IMG/VR virus record: IMGVR_UViG_3300025122_000128
Span: 1-26,364 of that record
DNA length: 26,364 bases
DNA from: a virus
Taxonomy: Duplodnaviria > Caudoviricetes
Direction: 5' to 3' (one strand)
Shown here: piece by piece, positions 1-11,400 of the stretch
Layout of the letters: the number at the start of each line of letters is the position of its first letter
Numbering within the stretch: position 1 is the first letter of the stretch
Translations under genes and position numbers: made by a program
Notes under the pieces: model-generated
Databases searched by the model: none
Told to the model about the DNA's origin: nothing
The model's input: only the letters and a program-made list of their open reading frames with translations

Positions 1-682
1 CAATATAGTGATCATCCACATTACTGGAAATACCTAAAAATCCAATACTCCAATGAATCACTAATGAAAACTCTGAAGTCTTTCCCACAGCAGCAAAACT
101 TCTATAGGCCATAAGAAGGGGAGAATCATCTTTGAATCCTTTAGGGTTTTTAGCAAATAACCCAAGCTCCGTAATGCTTTTTCCATTTGCTGTCCTCTCA
201 TCTAGAACTATTTCACTTTCAAAAGAATCCATAAAAAACCTAGAAACTCTTCCCTCTTTTATCTTTGCAAAATATTCATCACTTCCACTAAAAATAATTG
301 AGGAAAGGGGGGCACTTGTATTAAGTAATTCTGTATAGGTAAGGGGTCTAGCAGTACTCATAGTAGAAGCATTAAACCCTCTATATCTTTGCTGAATAAT
401 CAGATCAGTGTCCTCTCCATAATCAGACCAATCAAAGGGGGCACTCAATTGATAAAAAGTGGAAGATGCTTGACGGGGAGGGGTATCAATATACCCAATA
501 GCACTAGTACCTACTTGAAAGTAATAAGGACAATAATCATCAGGATAATCAGAACCAGTATTTGTCTGAATATCTATAAAAGCAGACCCCAATCCAGCAG
601 TAACTAGATTAGCTCTATCTAGCACTACTTCTTGGGTGCCATCCTTATAAACTTTACAAACTGTAATGTGTCCTTTAATCAT
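1..682 (-). CDS. Tail-collar/fibre-attachment-like structural protein, 3' end runs off the window; paralog of 675..1892; absent from the ORF track
   Basis: Hand translation from ATG at 682 is open to the window edge (227 codons): MIKGHITVCKVYKDGTQEVVLDRANLVTAGLG...YFQVGTS...ANGKSITELGLFAKNP...LMAYRSFAAVGKTSEFSLVIHWSIGF. The ITExGLF...W-x-I-x-F pattern resembles phage tail-collar fibre domains. It overlaps the upstream gene by 8 nt. Confidence 0.8.
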   Translation of the reverse strand, partial: MIKGHITVCKVYKDGTQEVVLDRANLVTAGLGSAFIDIQTNTGSDYPDDYCPYYFQVGTSAIGYIDTPPRQASSTFYQLSAPFDWSDYGEDTDLIIQQRYRGFNASTMSTARPLTYTELLNTSAPLSSIIFSGSDEYFAKIKEGRVSRFFMDSFESEIVLDERTANGKSITELGLFAKNPKGFKDDSPLLMAYRSFAAVGKTSEFSLVIHWSIGFLGISSNVDDHYI

Positions 683-1892
683 GAGATAACCTAAAATCCA
701 TTGTCCATTTAAGTATTAAGTTATTAGTCTGTTGAATGCCTGGGGTTACTCCATCATCCTTATTTCTAACCAAATTTTCAGTAAAAGTCTTCTTAGCAAA
801 CAATCTATATTCTCTGTTATTAGCCCCAGCCCTGTCTAAAGGCCACTCAAGATGGTTAACTACTGGAGTAGTAACATCAGCAAAACATTTCTGTACATCA
901 AAAGTCCATAGTCCAATGTGATGAAGACCTCCATAGATATTAAACATCTTACAATCATCTGGGTGGAGGGCTAAACAAAAGTGAATTCTAGGATCAGTAA
1001 CAAAATCAATAGGATTTGTCTGAACCCCAACTCCAGAAACAGTAGGATACCCTCTCCAATCAGTAGAGTCAGCGGGATCCCAGCCAGTAGCCCCCGGCCA
1101 TTCAGTAGCTGCTAAAGCTACAGGAAGTACTCTACAAAACCCTCGGTAGTCCACATTAGCTCTACCATTAAAGGAGTGCGTGGACCCTACACCTTCAGCA
1201 CTTGCTACAAGATTAAGAGTTCTGTCAGCAACAAAATCCCCCTCTAAGGAAGAAACTAAGGCAGTCCAAAAATTTCCGTTACCATGCCCATCAGCAGCAT
1301 TCCAACTCACAGCAAAGGCTCCAACTGTATAGGCAGAGGCATCTTCTAAATTAAAGTTAATCCTATTTTCAAACTGTCCAAAAGACTTTGTTCCATCTCC
1401 ACTCACATTAACATAAGCCATATTAACATCTTCTAATTTAGTGTCCAAGGGATCTGGGTAAGAAGGAAGTTTATAGGGGGGAGTATAAGAGGAGGCAGTA
1501 ACAGTCCCTGGAACAGTCCCACTTAAATATAAAGCTCTTATTATACGATTTACCTTTACACTCCTATCTGGGTTAACCCAGGAAGTAGGGTCATTTATAG
1601 CAGCCAAAGTAACATAGGACGCAGGGGCACCAGTAAGCTTTTCATTACAAGTACCCGATGAAGAGACAGCATTATTACCGAAGTTTCCTCCTGCTGTTCC
1701 AAAAGAGATAGCATTCACCCTCCAATTAGAGGTATCCATTATAGAGGGGGTCACGGCTAAAACACTAGAGGGAGTGGTTAGCATATCTACAATAGTTTCC
1801 CCTGCCCCGTCTACAACTAGATTACTTTCTGTATGCAGCAGTCTACAGGACCCATCATCCTCTATGCTAAAAACCTCTACCTTACCTCTCAT
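675..1892 (-). CDS. Putative tail-collar/baseplate-fibre connector protein (405 aa)
   Basis: N-terminus MRGKVEV...NLVVDGAGETIVDML...ISFGT; C-terminus HIGLW...LFAKKTF...LILKWTMDF. It lies directly downstream of the wedge genes, where fibre-attachment genes usually sit. Confidence 0.55.
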   Translation of the reverse strand: MRGKVEVFSIEDDGSCRLLHTESNLVVDGAGETIVDMLTTPSSVLAVTPSIMDTSNWRVNAISFGTAGGNFGNNAVSSSGTCNEKLTGAPASYVTLAAINDPTSWVNPDRSVKVNRIIRALYLSGTVPGTVTASSYTPPYKLPSYPDPLDTKLEDVNMAYVNVSGDGTKSFGQFENRINFNLEDASAYTVGAFAVSWNAADGHGNGNFWTALVSSLEGDFVADRTLNLVASAEGVGSTHSFNGRANVDYRGFCRVLPVALAATEWPGATGWDPADSTDWRGYPTVSGVGVQTNPIDFVTDPRIHFCLALHPDDCKMFNIYGGLHHIGLWTFDVQKCFADVTTPVVNHLEWPLDRAGANNREYRLFAKKTFTENLVRNKDDGVTPGIQQTNNLILKWTMDFRLSHD

Positions 1893-4800
1893 TTATTTCC
1901 ACCGTTGTTAGGAAGTTATGATTTGAATTTATCGTATTGGGATACATTTGAATATTTGATCTGTAATTTAGTCTACTACCACCACTTACTTCCATAATAC
2001 CAGAAGTAATGGTAGAGTTTCTACTAGCCAAATTAGTACTAAGATCTTTAAAGAATCTGAACACCACCTTCAAATCTGAAATATCTAATTGAGCTTCTCC
2101 ATATTTAGTCTGGATGACTGCTTTATTATAGTTAGTAATATCTTTTACCTGGATATCTTCTAAGACCATATACTGAGTAGAACTTCCCTTCATTAGGAAG
2201 AACTCAAGAGTATACTTCTGATCTAGTCTATGTACCTTTCCAAACTGCCCCCTATATCGAGGAGGCGGTATAAAGTGTTTATTATTTGTAGAAAAATTAA
2301 ACTTAATAGTATTAAGAGTTTTTTTACTAATATTAGCAATAGCTTGTTCATTAGATCCTGGAACAAAATTATAATCAACACACCTATAGTCTGTTACATC
2401 CTCCACATCCCCCCTTGTGAAATCTCTACTTTGAGACCTATTAAGTACATTATTTATACCTCCAGGCCCCGACAGATCAGAAACGGCTATGGGTTCCCAA
2501 TAGTTCTCTGATGTTCCACAAGAAGTATCTCCTGCCACATAGGACCATATTTGATTAAGTTCAGGATCTGTATGAATCCAGAATCCTAAACTTAATCCTC
2601 CCGTAAATGTACTACTGAGATCTAGATTGTGTGCCTTAACAGTAACCTCATACTCATGATTTGGTTCTAGAAAATTTCTAGCTAAATCAGTAGAATCAGA
2701 ATTATCAATTCTTACTCTAATTCTGGGGAGAGTATTTCTTGTTTCTGGCCTATGGTACTTAATAATTTGATTATTAATCAAATACTTAGCGTAGGAATAC
2801 TTGCTCTGCTTATCTCTAGTTAAATCAAAGATAGAAAATATGGTATGGTCTCTAAACAGATAAGAAGTAGAAGTATCAACTAATTCAATCGAGCTTACTA
2901 AATGCCTATTTCTAAACTCTGGATAAGATAAGAATAAATCCCCTGCATCTGACGCTGCCGAAGTCCCTAGATCATGATTACCTTTTCCGTTCATCCCAGA
3001 AACACTCAAGACTCCACTTCCTCCGTAGTAAGAAATATCAACCTCTTCTGTAGTTGTACTGGCTGCTAAATACCCACTAACCTCTAATGCGGAACCGTCT
3101 ATATCTAAATTAGAATTATAAATTAAAGGTCCATAAGTATGGGTAAAAATATTTGGACCTCCAATTAGATCATAATTATTATTAGTAGAGTGTCCAGAAA
3201 AAGTGCTTAGATAAGTATTAAATAAACTGTGAACCTTTGATCCAAAAGTAAAATGCTCATAATAGCTAAGGGACTTATCAGACGCTTCTTGGTTAATAAG
3301 GTAGTTTCCCATAGACTTAGGAATATCTAAACCTCCATAGGCTGCACTTTGAGCATACCATGCACTAAAATTAGCTGGCTCCAAGAGAGAATTACTTACT
3401 GCCCAGTCAGGATTGATATCCCCATTCTCCCCAAGATATCCAGATACCATAGAGCTTGCCTGAAGATACTTTTCAGTATCATGAGTTTTATTCATTACAT
3501 ATAAAATTTCAGGGAGCATTCCCCTTCTACCATAAGTGTTACAATCAGAAGAAGCAACGTCCTGTTTAATTCTAGAAGCAAAAGTATTACTAATATCATA
3601 ACCGAAGAACGCATTAGATGAGCTTAAATTTTCACAAATATTCCATACCCCATCTAAAGCTTCCCTTCCTAATAAGGTTCCAATCCCATATTTTCCTTGG
3701 CTTTGCCTAACAATAACATCCTCATATCTTAAAGAAGAGGGAATAAACCCTAAAGGAAGATATCCTAATCCAGAAGAGTAATAGGTTGTGGATAGCTCTA
3801 AACTTCCTGGATTATTTCTACCTCCTCTGGTAAACATTTTATTCTCTGGGAGGAGATTATGGTAGTTTCTTCTCCGTAATGAGTTTCTTCGTACAGCCGT
3901 ATAGTCGTTAGCTGCATAGAAGGTTTCTCCTGTTCCAGACAGCAGGGGATCATTAGGACTGTCCACTGCTGTCCTCTTGAACCTGTGTGGAGATAGTCCT
4001 TCTTGCGTTGCCACATATTCCATATTTACGGCGCAGGTTTCAAAGTTTGTTGTAACTGTACTAGATCCCTCATAAAGATTAGTAAAGTTAGGTCTCCATT
4101 CTCTACAATCGTTATCCCCAATAGCGTCTAATCCGTCTGCTACATCTGAAACAGTTAAAAGAACTTGTGGTATAGCATGAGCAGGAACAACTTGGTCTAA
4201 AACTTTCATAACCTTTGTTATACCATACTTAGAAGAGGCTGTACGTTTATAAGTATACCAATTAAAATCACTAGAAGTAAAATTCATAAGGAAGTGTGAA
4301 GACTTCCCATTCCACATACTCAAGAGACTTAAAGGATCTGGGGTTCTCTCACTAGTTGCTTCTTTAATAATGTTAGCATAATTAGGAGGATACGTTTTTT
4401 CTTTTGTAAATAAAAGAAAACTATTTAAAACCTTCTCGGTATCTAAACTTTGTCCTAAATTAGATTTAATATAATCAACTACTTGTGTAACAAAATTATA
4501 TTCTACACCAAAACAATTAAGGTAAAACCCGATACGTTCTACCAAATTGGTGGTTAATTGGGTGCCCGTGTAATATTGTCTCTTCTCATATGGAGGAACC
4601 ATAGCCACTCTGCCCCTGTATCTAAACAAGAAATTAGGGTCATACACTAGAGTTAATAGAACCGATCTAGAAGTTTTAACAGATCCCGTATAGAAAAGGG
4701 GGTTAAAACTACGAGGATCACGACTAGGTACAATGTTATAAAGACCAGTATAAGGTTCTCCATCTAATAATAATTGAGGTGAAGGAAAAGGTTCCCCTCC

Positions 4801-6300
4801 CAAATAAAATGCATCAGGAAATTCTCGCACTAAATCAAAAATAATTTTATCTACTGCATACTTAATATTCGTATCCATACTCGTAGTAGAGTAATGAGGG
4901 ATACCGAATTTAAGAGCTACCTCAGGAGTGTAAGAAGTAAAATCCTTAAAAGTATTTGAACTAGTAGCTAACGAATAATACATTATATCGGGAATATAGG
5001 ATTCCCATAACTCAGAAAGGGTGTTACTAGTTGTAACATTAAAAACACCTGTAGAGAACACGGTATCCAACAAATATTGGATTGATCTCTTAGTACCTTT
5101 CATTTTATAAATATAAACTGCATTCCTTAGCTGAACTCTCCACTTATCATAATCAGCCCCAATGTACTTCCAACCAATAAGCTCGCCTAACAACTCCAGG
5201 AACTCTTCAGGACACTTACCTATATCATAAAGGAGACTAAGCTCATTTTGTTCAGCAAGAGTATCAGCAAATCCAAAAGACATAGCCTCTAAAAATCTAA
5301 CTAATGGACCAGCCTCTTCTGTGTCTGTGATAAGAGTTCCATCTAGGATAGCCGTAGAAGTAGTTAAATAAGTATCAAACGCAGTTTGTACTTTTCTATC
5401 AGGACTATTTAAATAATGAGGAGAGTATACAACAGTGTTTAAAGTTTTTAGTCTGTCTAATAATTGAGTACCGCTCGTATAAACTCCAGAAGGGGTGTTA
5501 GTACCTGAAACATAGTCTACGGGAATAACTCTATCAGATAACCCCCACACAGCCTCATTTTTCCATAGATACTCTTGATATAGATTAATAGTATCTTCTA
5601 AAACTACAGAACGACCAAACCAAAGTGTATTAGTTATTAATTCAGCTAAACCTGAGGAAGCATCATATCCATTAATGGGGCCTAACCTATTTAGGAAATA
5701 TAACCATCCCAAATTATTGGCTAAATATTTATAAGTTCCAGAAGAATCACTAGCAAAAGCACCGTTTGTTAGTGCATACAAATCTGCTGTCGCATGATGA
5801 CCCGTACAGACCATAGGTATAGAGGGCAAAAAAGTTCCACTTACATAATTTAAAAACTCTGCACTAGAAGTATAATCCTCGTATGAAACTCCTAAAGGGA
5901 GAAGTATATCCCTCATAAAATCATCAGGACTAATTTGGGCTGGAGACTGCTGCTTATGAAAATACTTAGCAAACCCCGAAGGACTATTAATAGCAGAGAG
6001 ATGGGAATCATATTCTAAAGCAGAAACTGGCAGAATAGTATCTTGATTTTTATTAGCTAAGATATGAGAGTTAATAAGCTGATTAGGAAAAGAGACTTGG
6101 GTTCCACTAATGGCTTGTTCGTCTGAAAAATAAAAATTAGGAATAATTTTCCTAATAGCGTCTAAGTAATTTTGCTTAAAATACTTTTGAGAAGTTGCAA
6201 TACTCTCAATATTGTCTTTAGCATTGACTACAGCTACAATCTCAGGAATAACCTGATTAAGGTCATTTATCCTAGATTTTTTTATGTATCTTCTTGACAT
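1882..6300 (-). CDS. Large baseplate wedge protein with a P2 gpI / T4 gp7-like core (1472 aa)
   Basis: LYDIGKCPEEFLELLGELIGW...WRVQLRNAVYIYKMKGTKRSIQYLL and VLDQVVPAH match the tail protein I pattern. It follows the gp6/J-like gene with a 1-nt TAATG overlap. Confidence 0.7.
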   Translation of the reverse strand: MSRRYIKKSRINDLNQVIPEIVAVVNAKDNIESIATSQKYFKQNYLDAIRKIIPNFYFSDEQAISGTQVSFPNQLINSHILANKNQDTILPVSALEYDSHLSAINSPSGFAKYFHKQQSPAQISPDDFMRDILLPLGVSYEDYTSSAEFLNYVSGTFLPSIPMVCTGHHATADLYALTNGAFASDSSGTYKYLANNLGWLYFLNRLGPINGYDASSGLAELITNTLWFGRSVVLEDTINLYQEYLWKNEAVWGLSDRVIPVDYVSGTNTPSGVYTSGTQLLDRLKTLNTVVYSPHYLNSPDRKVQTAFDTYLTTSTAILDGTLITDTEEAGPLVRFLEAMSFGFADTLAEQNELSLLYDIGKCPEEFLELLGELIGWKYIGADYDKWRVQLRNAVYIYKMKGTKRSIQYLLDTVFSTGVFNVTTSNTLSELWESYIPDIMYYSLATSSNTFKDFTSYTPEVALKFGIPHYSTTSMDTNIKYAVDKIIFDLVREFPDAFYLGGEPFPSPQLLLDGEPYTGLYNIVPSRDPRSFNPLFYTGSVKTSRSVLLTLVYDPNFLFRYRGRVAMVPPYEKRQYYTGTQLTTNLVERIGFYLNCFGVEYNFVTQVVDYIKSNLGQSLDTEKVLNSFLLFTKEKTYPPNYANIIKEATSERTPDPLSLLSMWNGKSSHFLMNFTSSDFNWYTYKRTASSKYGITKVMKVLDQVVPAHAIPQVLLTVSDVADGLDAIGDNDCREWRPNFTNLYEGSSTVTTNFETCAVNMEYVATQEGLSPHRFKRTAVDSPNDPLLSGTGETFYAANDYTAVRRNSLRRRNYHNLLPENKMFTRGGRNNPGSLELSTTYYSSGLGYLPLGFIPSSLRYEDVIVRQSQGKYGIGTLLGREALDGVWNICENLSSSNAFFGYDISNTFASRIKQDVASSDCNTYGRRGMLPEILYVMNKTHDTEKYLQASSMVSGYLGENGDINPDWAVSNSLLEPANFSAWYAQSAAYGGLDIPKSMGNYLINQEASDKSLSYYEHFTFGSKVHSLFNTYLSTFSGHSTNNNYDLIGGPNIFTHTYGPLIYNSNLDIDGSALEVSGYLAASTTTEEVDISYYGGSGVLSVSGMNGKGNHDLGTSAASDAGDLFLSYPEFRNRHLVSSIELVDTSTSYLFRDHTIFSIFDLTRDKQSKYSYAKYLINNQIIKYHRPETRNTLPRIRVRIDNSDSTDLARNFLEPNHEYEVTVKAHNLDLSSTFTGGLSLGFWIHTDPELNQIWSYVAGDTSCGTSENYWEPIAVSDLSGPGGINNVLNRSQSRDFTRGDVEDVTDYRCVDYNFVPGSNEQAIANISKKTLNTIKFNFSTNNKHFIPPPRYRGQFGKVHRLDQKYTLEFFLMKGSSTQYMVLEDIQVKDITNYNKAVIQTKYGEAQLDISDLKVVFRFFKDLSTNLASRNSTITSGIMEVSGGSRLNYRSNIQMYPNTINSNHNFLTTVEINER

Positions 6301-7895
6301 TACAGGAGAACGGTATTAATTGTAAAGTTATTTAGTTGGATAATCTCATTAAAGTCTACAGAAGTAACATCAGGAAGGTTATCAACCGTAGCAAATCGCA
6401 CATGAGGAAGTCTAAAAATTTCTCTAGTAAGATCCCCGCTGACAAAAGGTGCCCCAAACTCAGAATTATCAACATTAAAATATTGAAGGATGACGTTCTT
6501 TGTTTCTTGCTCAATCTGAGACTCTATAGATTTTAATTCTCTATCAATTCGAATGGTAACAACAATATCCAAAGTTCTGATTAAACCGTCTACAACTACC
6601 ACCTCATCTGTTAACATTTTTTTAGGTTCTATCTCTTCTAAAAGTTCCTTTTTAAAAGTGGTAGAAGCTTTTTGTAGGGTGACATCATTAGCTCGTTCTA
6701 AAGTATAAACATCAATAATATTTCCAGAAGAAAAAGCATCTCGTACTACTGCTGTAGTCTTTCCTATAGTACCTTGTTTACTTCTAAAAGTATTTCCAAT
6801 AGCAACAAAATCTTCTAAAGTAACTACCCTATCTTGTCTCTTAAAAGTATAAGGGGCATATTTTTTAGCGTGTTCCGCAGTCTCTGCTGACGAACCTCCT
6901 GTAGCTGCTGATATGTTTTCAGTAGTAAAAGTAGAGGTCCCCGCAACACTTAATTCTCCAGTAGTTTCTACGTTAATAACACCAGCACCTATATTACCTC
7001 TAGTTCCCCCTCCCACTCTATAAATAACAGTAAAACTTGCTCCTGCTGGGGGGGATATCCCTAAAGCATTATCCCCAAATAAAAGTGTTGCAGCATAATT
7101 CTCATCACTAATTACTTGAAAAATTTTATCATCAGTACCCGATGCTGAATACAGCCTATTAACTTGGGTATATGCCCCTTGGGCTGGGTCATCTGCTTGT
7201 GGAGTTGTAACATAAACCTGCACACTGCCATCAATAATGGGAGCGTCTGTTAGTGTAATTCTTTTATTTCCCTCTAAAGTATTAAATGTACCCTGTTGAA
7301 CGGTTAAAGCCCCTTCTAATAGTGCTATATTATGAAAAACTAAATCTCCTTCAGCCTCCGCTTCCTCTAATGCTATACTGGCAATAGGATTTTGAATATC
7401 TTGAATTGCATTATTAACAATTTTATATAAAGTATAGTTAACAGGTGCCCCGTCTTCTTTAGAGGTTATAGCGAAGACCCTTTGGGAAGGGCTAAAAGTA
7501 ACTGGGTACTCTCCCGCTAAACTAGTTTTATGTGTAAGCCGTGCAGAGGCTGCTGCTCCTAAAGGTCCACGCATATCCACCCCTACTAATTCTAAAAGCT
7601 TCTTTAAATTATTTCTAGTCTTAACTGTTCTTAAATAGTTTTCGTTAGCCAGCATGTCTCCCTTTAGAGAGAAGACTGTACCCATATATGCCACTACTTC
7701 TACTAGCATTAAACCTAAATCTGATTCTGAAAAGTTTTGGTAGTCTAAAGGATATACTGATTTAATATACCCCAATAAGTTTTCTCTAAGGGAATAAAAA
7801 TCTGTTCCCGCATAATCAATATATTGATTTTTTTTACGGTCAGGAATAGTCCCTAGTTTCATAAAATCTGTGCTTGTTGTTCCTGAAAATACCAT
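6300..7895 (-). CDS. Baseplate wedge subunit, T4 gp6 / baseplate J-like (531 aa)
   Basis: DYAGTDFYSLRENL...DYQNFSESDLG, FGDNALG..PP, YRVGGG.RGN, ATGGSSAET and QDRVVTLEDF are typical gp6/J motifs; adjacent to the gp25-like gene. Confidence 0.88.
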   Translation of the reverse strand: MVFSGTTSTDFMKLGTIPDRKKNQYIDYAGTDFYSLRENLLGYIKSVYPLDYQNFSESDLGLMLVEVVAYMGTVFSLKGDMLANENYLRTVKTRNNLKKLLELVGVDMRGPLGAAASARLTHKTSLAGEYPVTFSPSQRVFAITSKEDGAPVNYTLYKIVNNAIQDIQNPIASIALEEAEAEGDLVFHNIALLEGALTVQQGTFNTLEGNKRITLTDAPIIDGSVQVYVTTPQADDPAQGAYTQVNRLYSASGTDDKIFQVISDENYAATLLFGDNALGISPPAGASFTVIYRVGGGTRGNIGAGVINVETTGELSVAGTSTFTTENISAATGGSSAETAEHAKKYAPYTFKRQDRVVTLEDFVAIGNTFRSKQGTIGKTTAVVRDAFSSGNIIDVYTLERANDVTLQKASTTFKKELLEEIEPKKMLTDEVVVVDGLIRTLDIVVTIRIDRELKSIESQIEQETKNVILQYFNVDNSEFGAPFVSGDLTREIFRLPHVRFATVDNLPDVTSVDFNEIIQLNNFTINTVLL

Positions 7896-8398
7896 TATGC
7901 TACCTTAACCTCTGCGTCAAAAATATCTAAGGACCCATCCAAAAGTTGAAGGGTTAGTTTTACTACAATCTCACTTCGTACTGCTTCCAATTCATTAGAT
8001 AAAACACTTATACTAATCACATGCGCCATACTAAAATAAGTTTTTAAAGTTTTTAAAATTTCTGTCTTAATAAGATAAAAAGTAGTTTCATCTAAAGGTT
8101 CAAACAAGTACTTCTGAAGGGAGACTCCATAATTTGGAAGCATTATTCTCTCTCCACGCTCACACAAAAGAAGCTGTCTTAAATTGTTCTTAATGAGGGA
8201 AAGACCTTGAGCCTTACTAAAATAACCCCCCTCATTTAAATTAGTTCTAAGCTCAGGAGGTTTACCTATAGCCGTTTTAAAAGAACCAGCAAGGGGATAC
8301 ACAAAACCATTCTTACTTTTAATTTTTGAAGTAATAACTTTCTTAACATTAATACTGGTTTTTGCTCCGTAAGTGTTGTGGGTAGTAGTAATAGCCAT
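7895..8398 (-). CDS. Baseplate wedge / sheath initiator, gp25 (GPW/gp25 family, 167 aa)
   Basis: IKNNLRQLLLCERGERIMLPNYGVSLQKYLFEP matches the gp25 GERxxxPxxG..LFEP signature. Confidence 0.9.
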   Translation of the reverse strand: MAITTTHNTYGAKTSINVKKVITSKIKSKNGFVYPLAGSFKTAIGKPPELRTNLNEGGYFSKAQGLSLIKNNLRQLLLCERGERIMLPNYGVSLQKYLFEPLDETTFYLIKTEILKTLKTYFSMAHVISISVLSNELEAVRSEIVVKLTLQLLDGSLDIFDAEVKVA

Positions 8399-8400
8399 TT

Positions 8401-11400
8401 CTAGTATTCGTAAGTTCTAATATTGGTGAAAAACCCTCTCTGAGCTTTATAGTTCTTTAATGCCTCCGCAGCAGTAATCGCTCTATTATATAGTTTAAGA
8501 CTTCCTAAGAACCCATACAAACCACTTTTTTTACCTCCCCATTTTCCTCCCATGAAATTCATCCCCTCATTAGATCCAGAAGAGTAGGTTCTGAGGTCTT
8601 TAGTATGCATACCGTCAGTATAACCTCCTCCTATAACCCAGGGAGTAAGAGCAAGCCTTGTTCTCCCGCTAGGTTGGGGACCGTCCCAATACCAGAAATC
8701 TCGGTATCCAAGACTATCGGGGGGAAACAAGGGAGCATTGGGGGGGAGATCTTCCTCATATTGGACATCGTAAAAGAAAGAAGAAGCATTTACCATAGAA
8801 GGGATTTGGGGAGGTCCTACCTCTCCAAAGGTCCTCTCTACGCTAGATGCAGTTAACAAGTTCCCATTTAAATAAATACTTACTAAATCTTGTCCGTAAT
8901 CTACCGTAACGGTAGTATGAACAAAGCCACTAGAACAATCATTAAACATGTCTCCAACAGAAGTAGTAGTAGAAGTATCTATAGAAATCCCATAAAACCC
9001 ACTAGGGGCTACTTGATCAGTAGGACAGTATTTAGGATCCCCAGAAGCCGCTAAGAAAGCAACCCCACTAGTATTAATAGATTGAGTAGGGCTCATATGA
9101 AATACAAGACCCTCAAGTATGTCATTATCGGCAGGATTATTACTAGGTCCAAATCCCTTAGTAATACGTCTATCCCGTGTAAAGCCCATTAACAATCCTC
9201 TGACAGTATCCTCATCCTTCTTAGGGCCTATACTCCAACTCTCATCAGTAGAACTATAAGTCCCTCCTCTATTCTCACAAGAAAGAACAACTCTGTGGAG
9301 AGCAGATAAAGACTGATCCCCATTCCATCCTAATCCATTAGCCTCGTCAAGGTCTGGTAAATGTGTCCAAAAATCAAACGTAGCTCCTGTCTTATTATAT
9401 AACAAACTATCTATATCCGAATAACCGCTTTGAAGTTTTCCATATCCATAGGGTCTATATGCTGAATATAAATACTCATTGTTAGTAGTATACTTACTTA
9501 CTTTAGTATTACCGTCACCGTTTACCCCAGAAAAGAAGTTACACATTCCTCTAAAATAAGGAAGTCCTATACCTGACGGGAACATACTATCTATAGAAGA
9601 CGCAACCAATTGTGCAGCACCTTCGCTAGAGGAGCTTGTAGTACAGTTTATTGATAAATACTTAGAGGAATCTGGTTTAACTATATCTGCATCTAAAAAG
9701 TTATAAACACTAACGAGACCGTCTGTAGTAATTTGATCAGTTAAAGATAGCAAAGTTCCACTAGTCCCACTAACAGGAAAATCAGAAGTAATTATTTGAC
9801 CAACTCCCACAGGGGGCACCATTAAACCTTCTACAGTAAAAGCGTCTTGAGGGATGTCACTCTTAATAAAAGTAGGACAGAGGGGGAGAACCATCCCAGA
9901 GACCTCACCAGGATTGAAAAGTAGATGTTCTTGCTTTTGTTTTTCAATTGCAAGTAAAGAAGCATCTAAATCTACGAAATTATTAATAGGGATCCGTCCC
10001 TTAATCGCTGGAGCATCAGTGGGAGAAAGTAGTACATGCACTTCAATTTGTTTTTTCCGTTTATTAATTTTTTTATCATGGGCAGCTACTTTAGCATAGA
10101 GAGTTTGGCGTTGATTAGTTAAAACGGCACTATCTTCAGCATACCCCTGTTGTTGAAGCTCAGTAATATAGGAGGAGAGATCATATACTTCTCTATTACG
10201 TTGATCAATAATAACCTGTAAGAAGTGATCTTCTGCATAAAAATCTTGTACCAAAGGACTTTCATTAATCTGATCTATATCAAAAGCGGTATTAGCCCAT
10301 TTATTAAACGTAGCCCACTTTACAGGATCCCCCTTTCCCCCTAGGTTAGGGTTATAAGCATGCAACCACTCTACAGCATTAGCAGGGACTCCAGTTCCAG
10401 GAATAGCATTACCAGAAGAATCATAGTAAATTGCATTAACAATATTAGTAATACATCCAGAGTAGTCTAATCCTCCTCCATAAGAATCATAGTAAACCCC
10501 CGTTTTAGAGAATAAAAATTGTCCATCTTTTGATACAGGAGGAAGCATACCACTAGAATTAATAACATCTACAAAAGGATTAAAAGCATCTCCAGATAAA
10601 TCAGGAGGAACAATAGGGAATCCATCACGCCCCACTTCCGCATCTACTAGATTAAAAGTAGTGGCCCCAGAAAGAGCTTGTCCCAAGGTTTGACCATACC
10701 ACGGACTATTTGGATCATCGTTTCTCATGTTTTTCCAGAAAACGGGCTCTGGATTATTCTCTGGGTCTGCCAAACGAGCTTGTTGAATTTCTCTAATGTT
10801 TTGTTGTTGGGCGTCTGCTTGAGCCACAAACCCAGCAGCCTCCTCTAAAATTTCCTTATTTTGATCATAAATCAAACTAGCAGCCTTAAGTGCTGGAGGG
10901 GGTGCGGGGAAAGACTCCACGATATTCCCGTTTGCATCCACCATGTCAAATCCAGCCATCTTATCTGCAATAGCAGAAGGCCCTTTTTGAAGAGCGTTAA
11001 AGGATTTCATCTTATCTATACACGATTTCATAACATCAAGCTGATTAGCAACATTCTGTCCTATAACCCAAGCTTCTGCTCCAAAACCTAAGATAGTACC
11101 CAAGCCATGTAAGTTATCAAGACCTTGTAGTAAATCCTGCTCTACCCCCTGATTTGAGGAACTAGAAACAAACACAAATCTTCCCAAAGTAGTATCGTAT
11201 TCAATAATTCCAGTATCCAAGAACACCTTTCTCATTATATCTTTGAATACAGAATCAGCTAAATTTTTGCCATCTTCAATTCCTGAATTAATAGAGTTTA
11301 AGACTGGGGAGGGGAAAGCGTTTAAAACATCTTTAGCAAAATTTAACATGCACTGAGGAACTCCAAAATGGGTTCCCATAGCATCTAAAATAGGGGTTGG

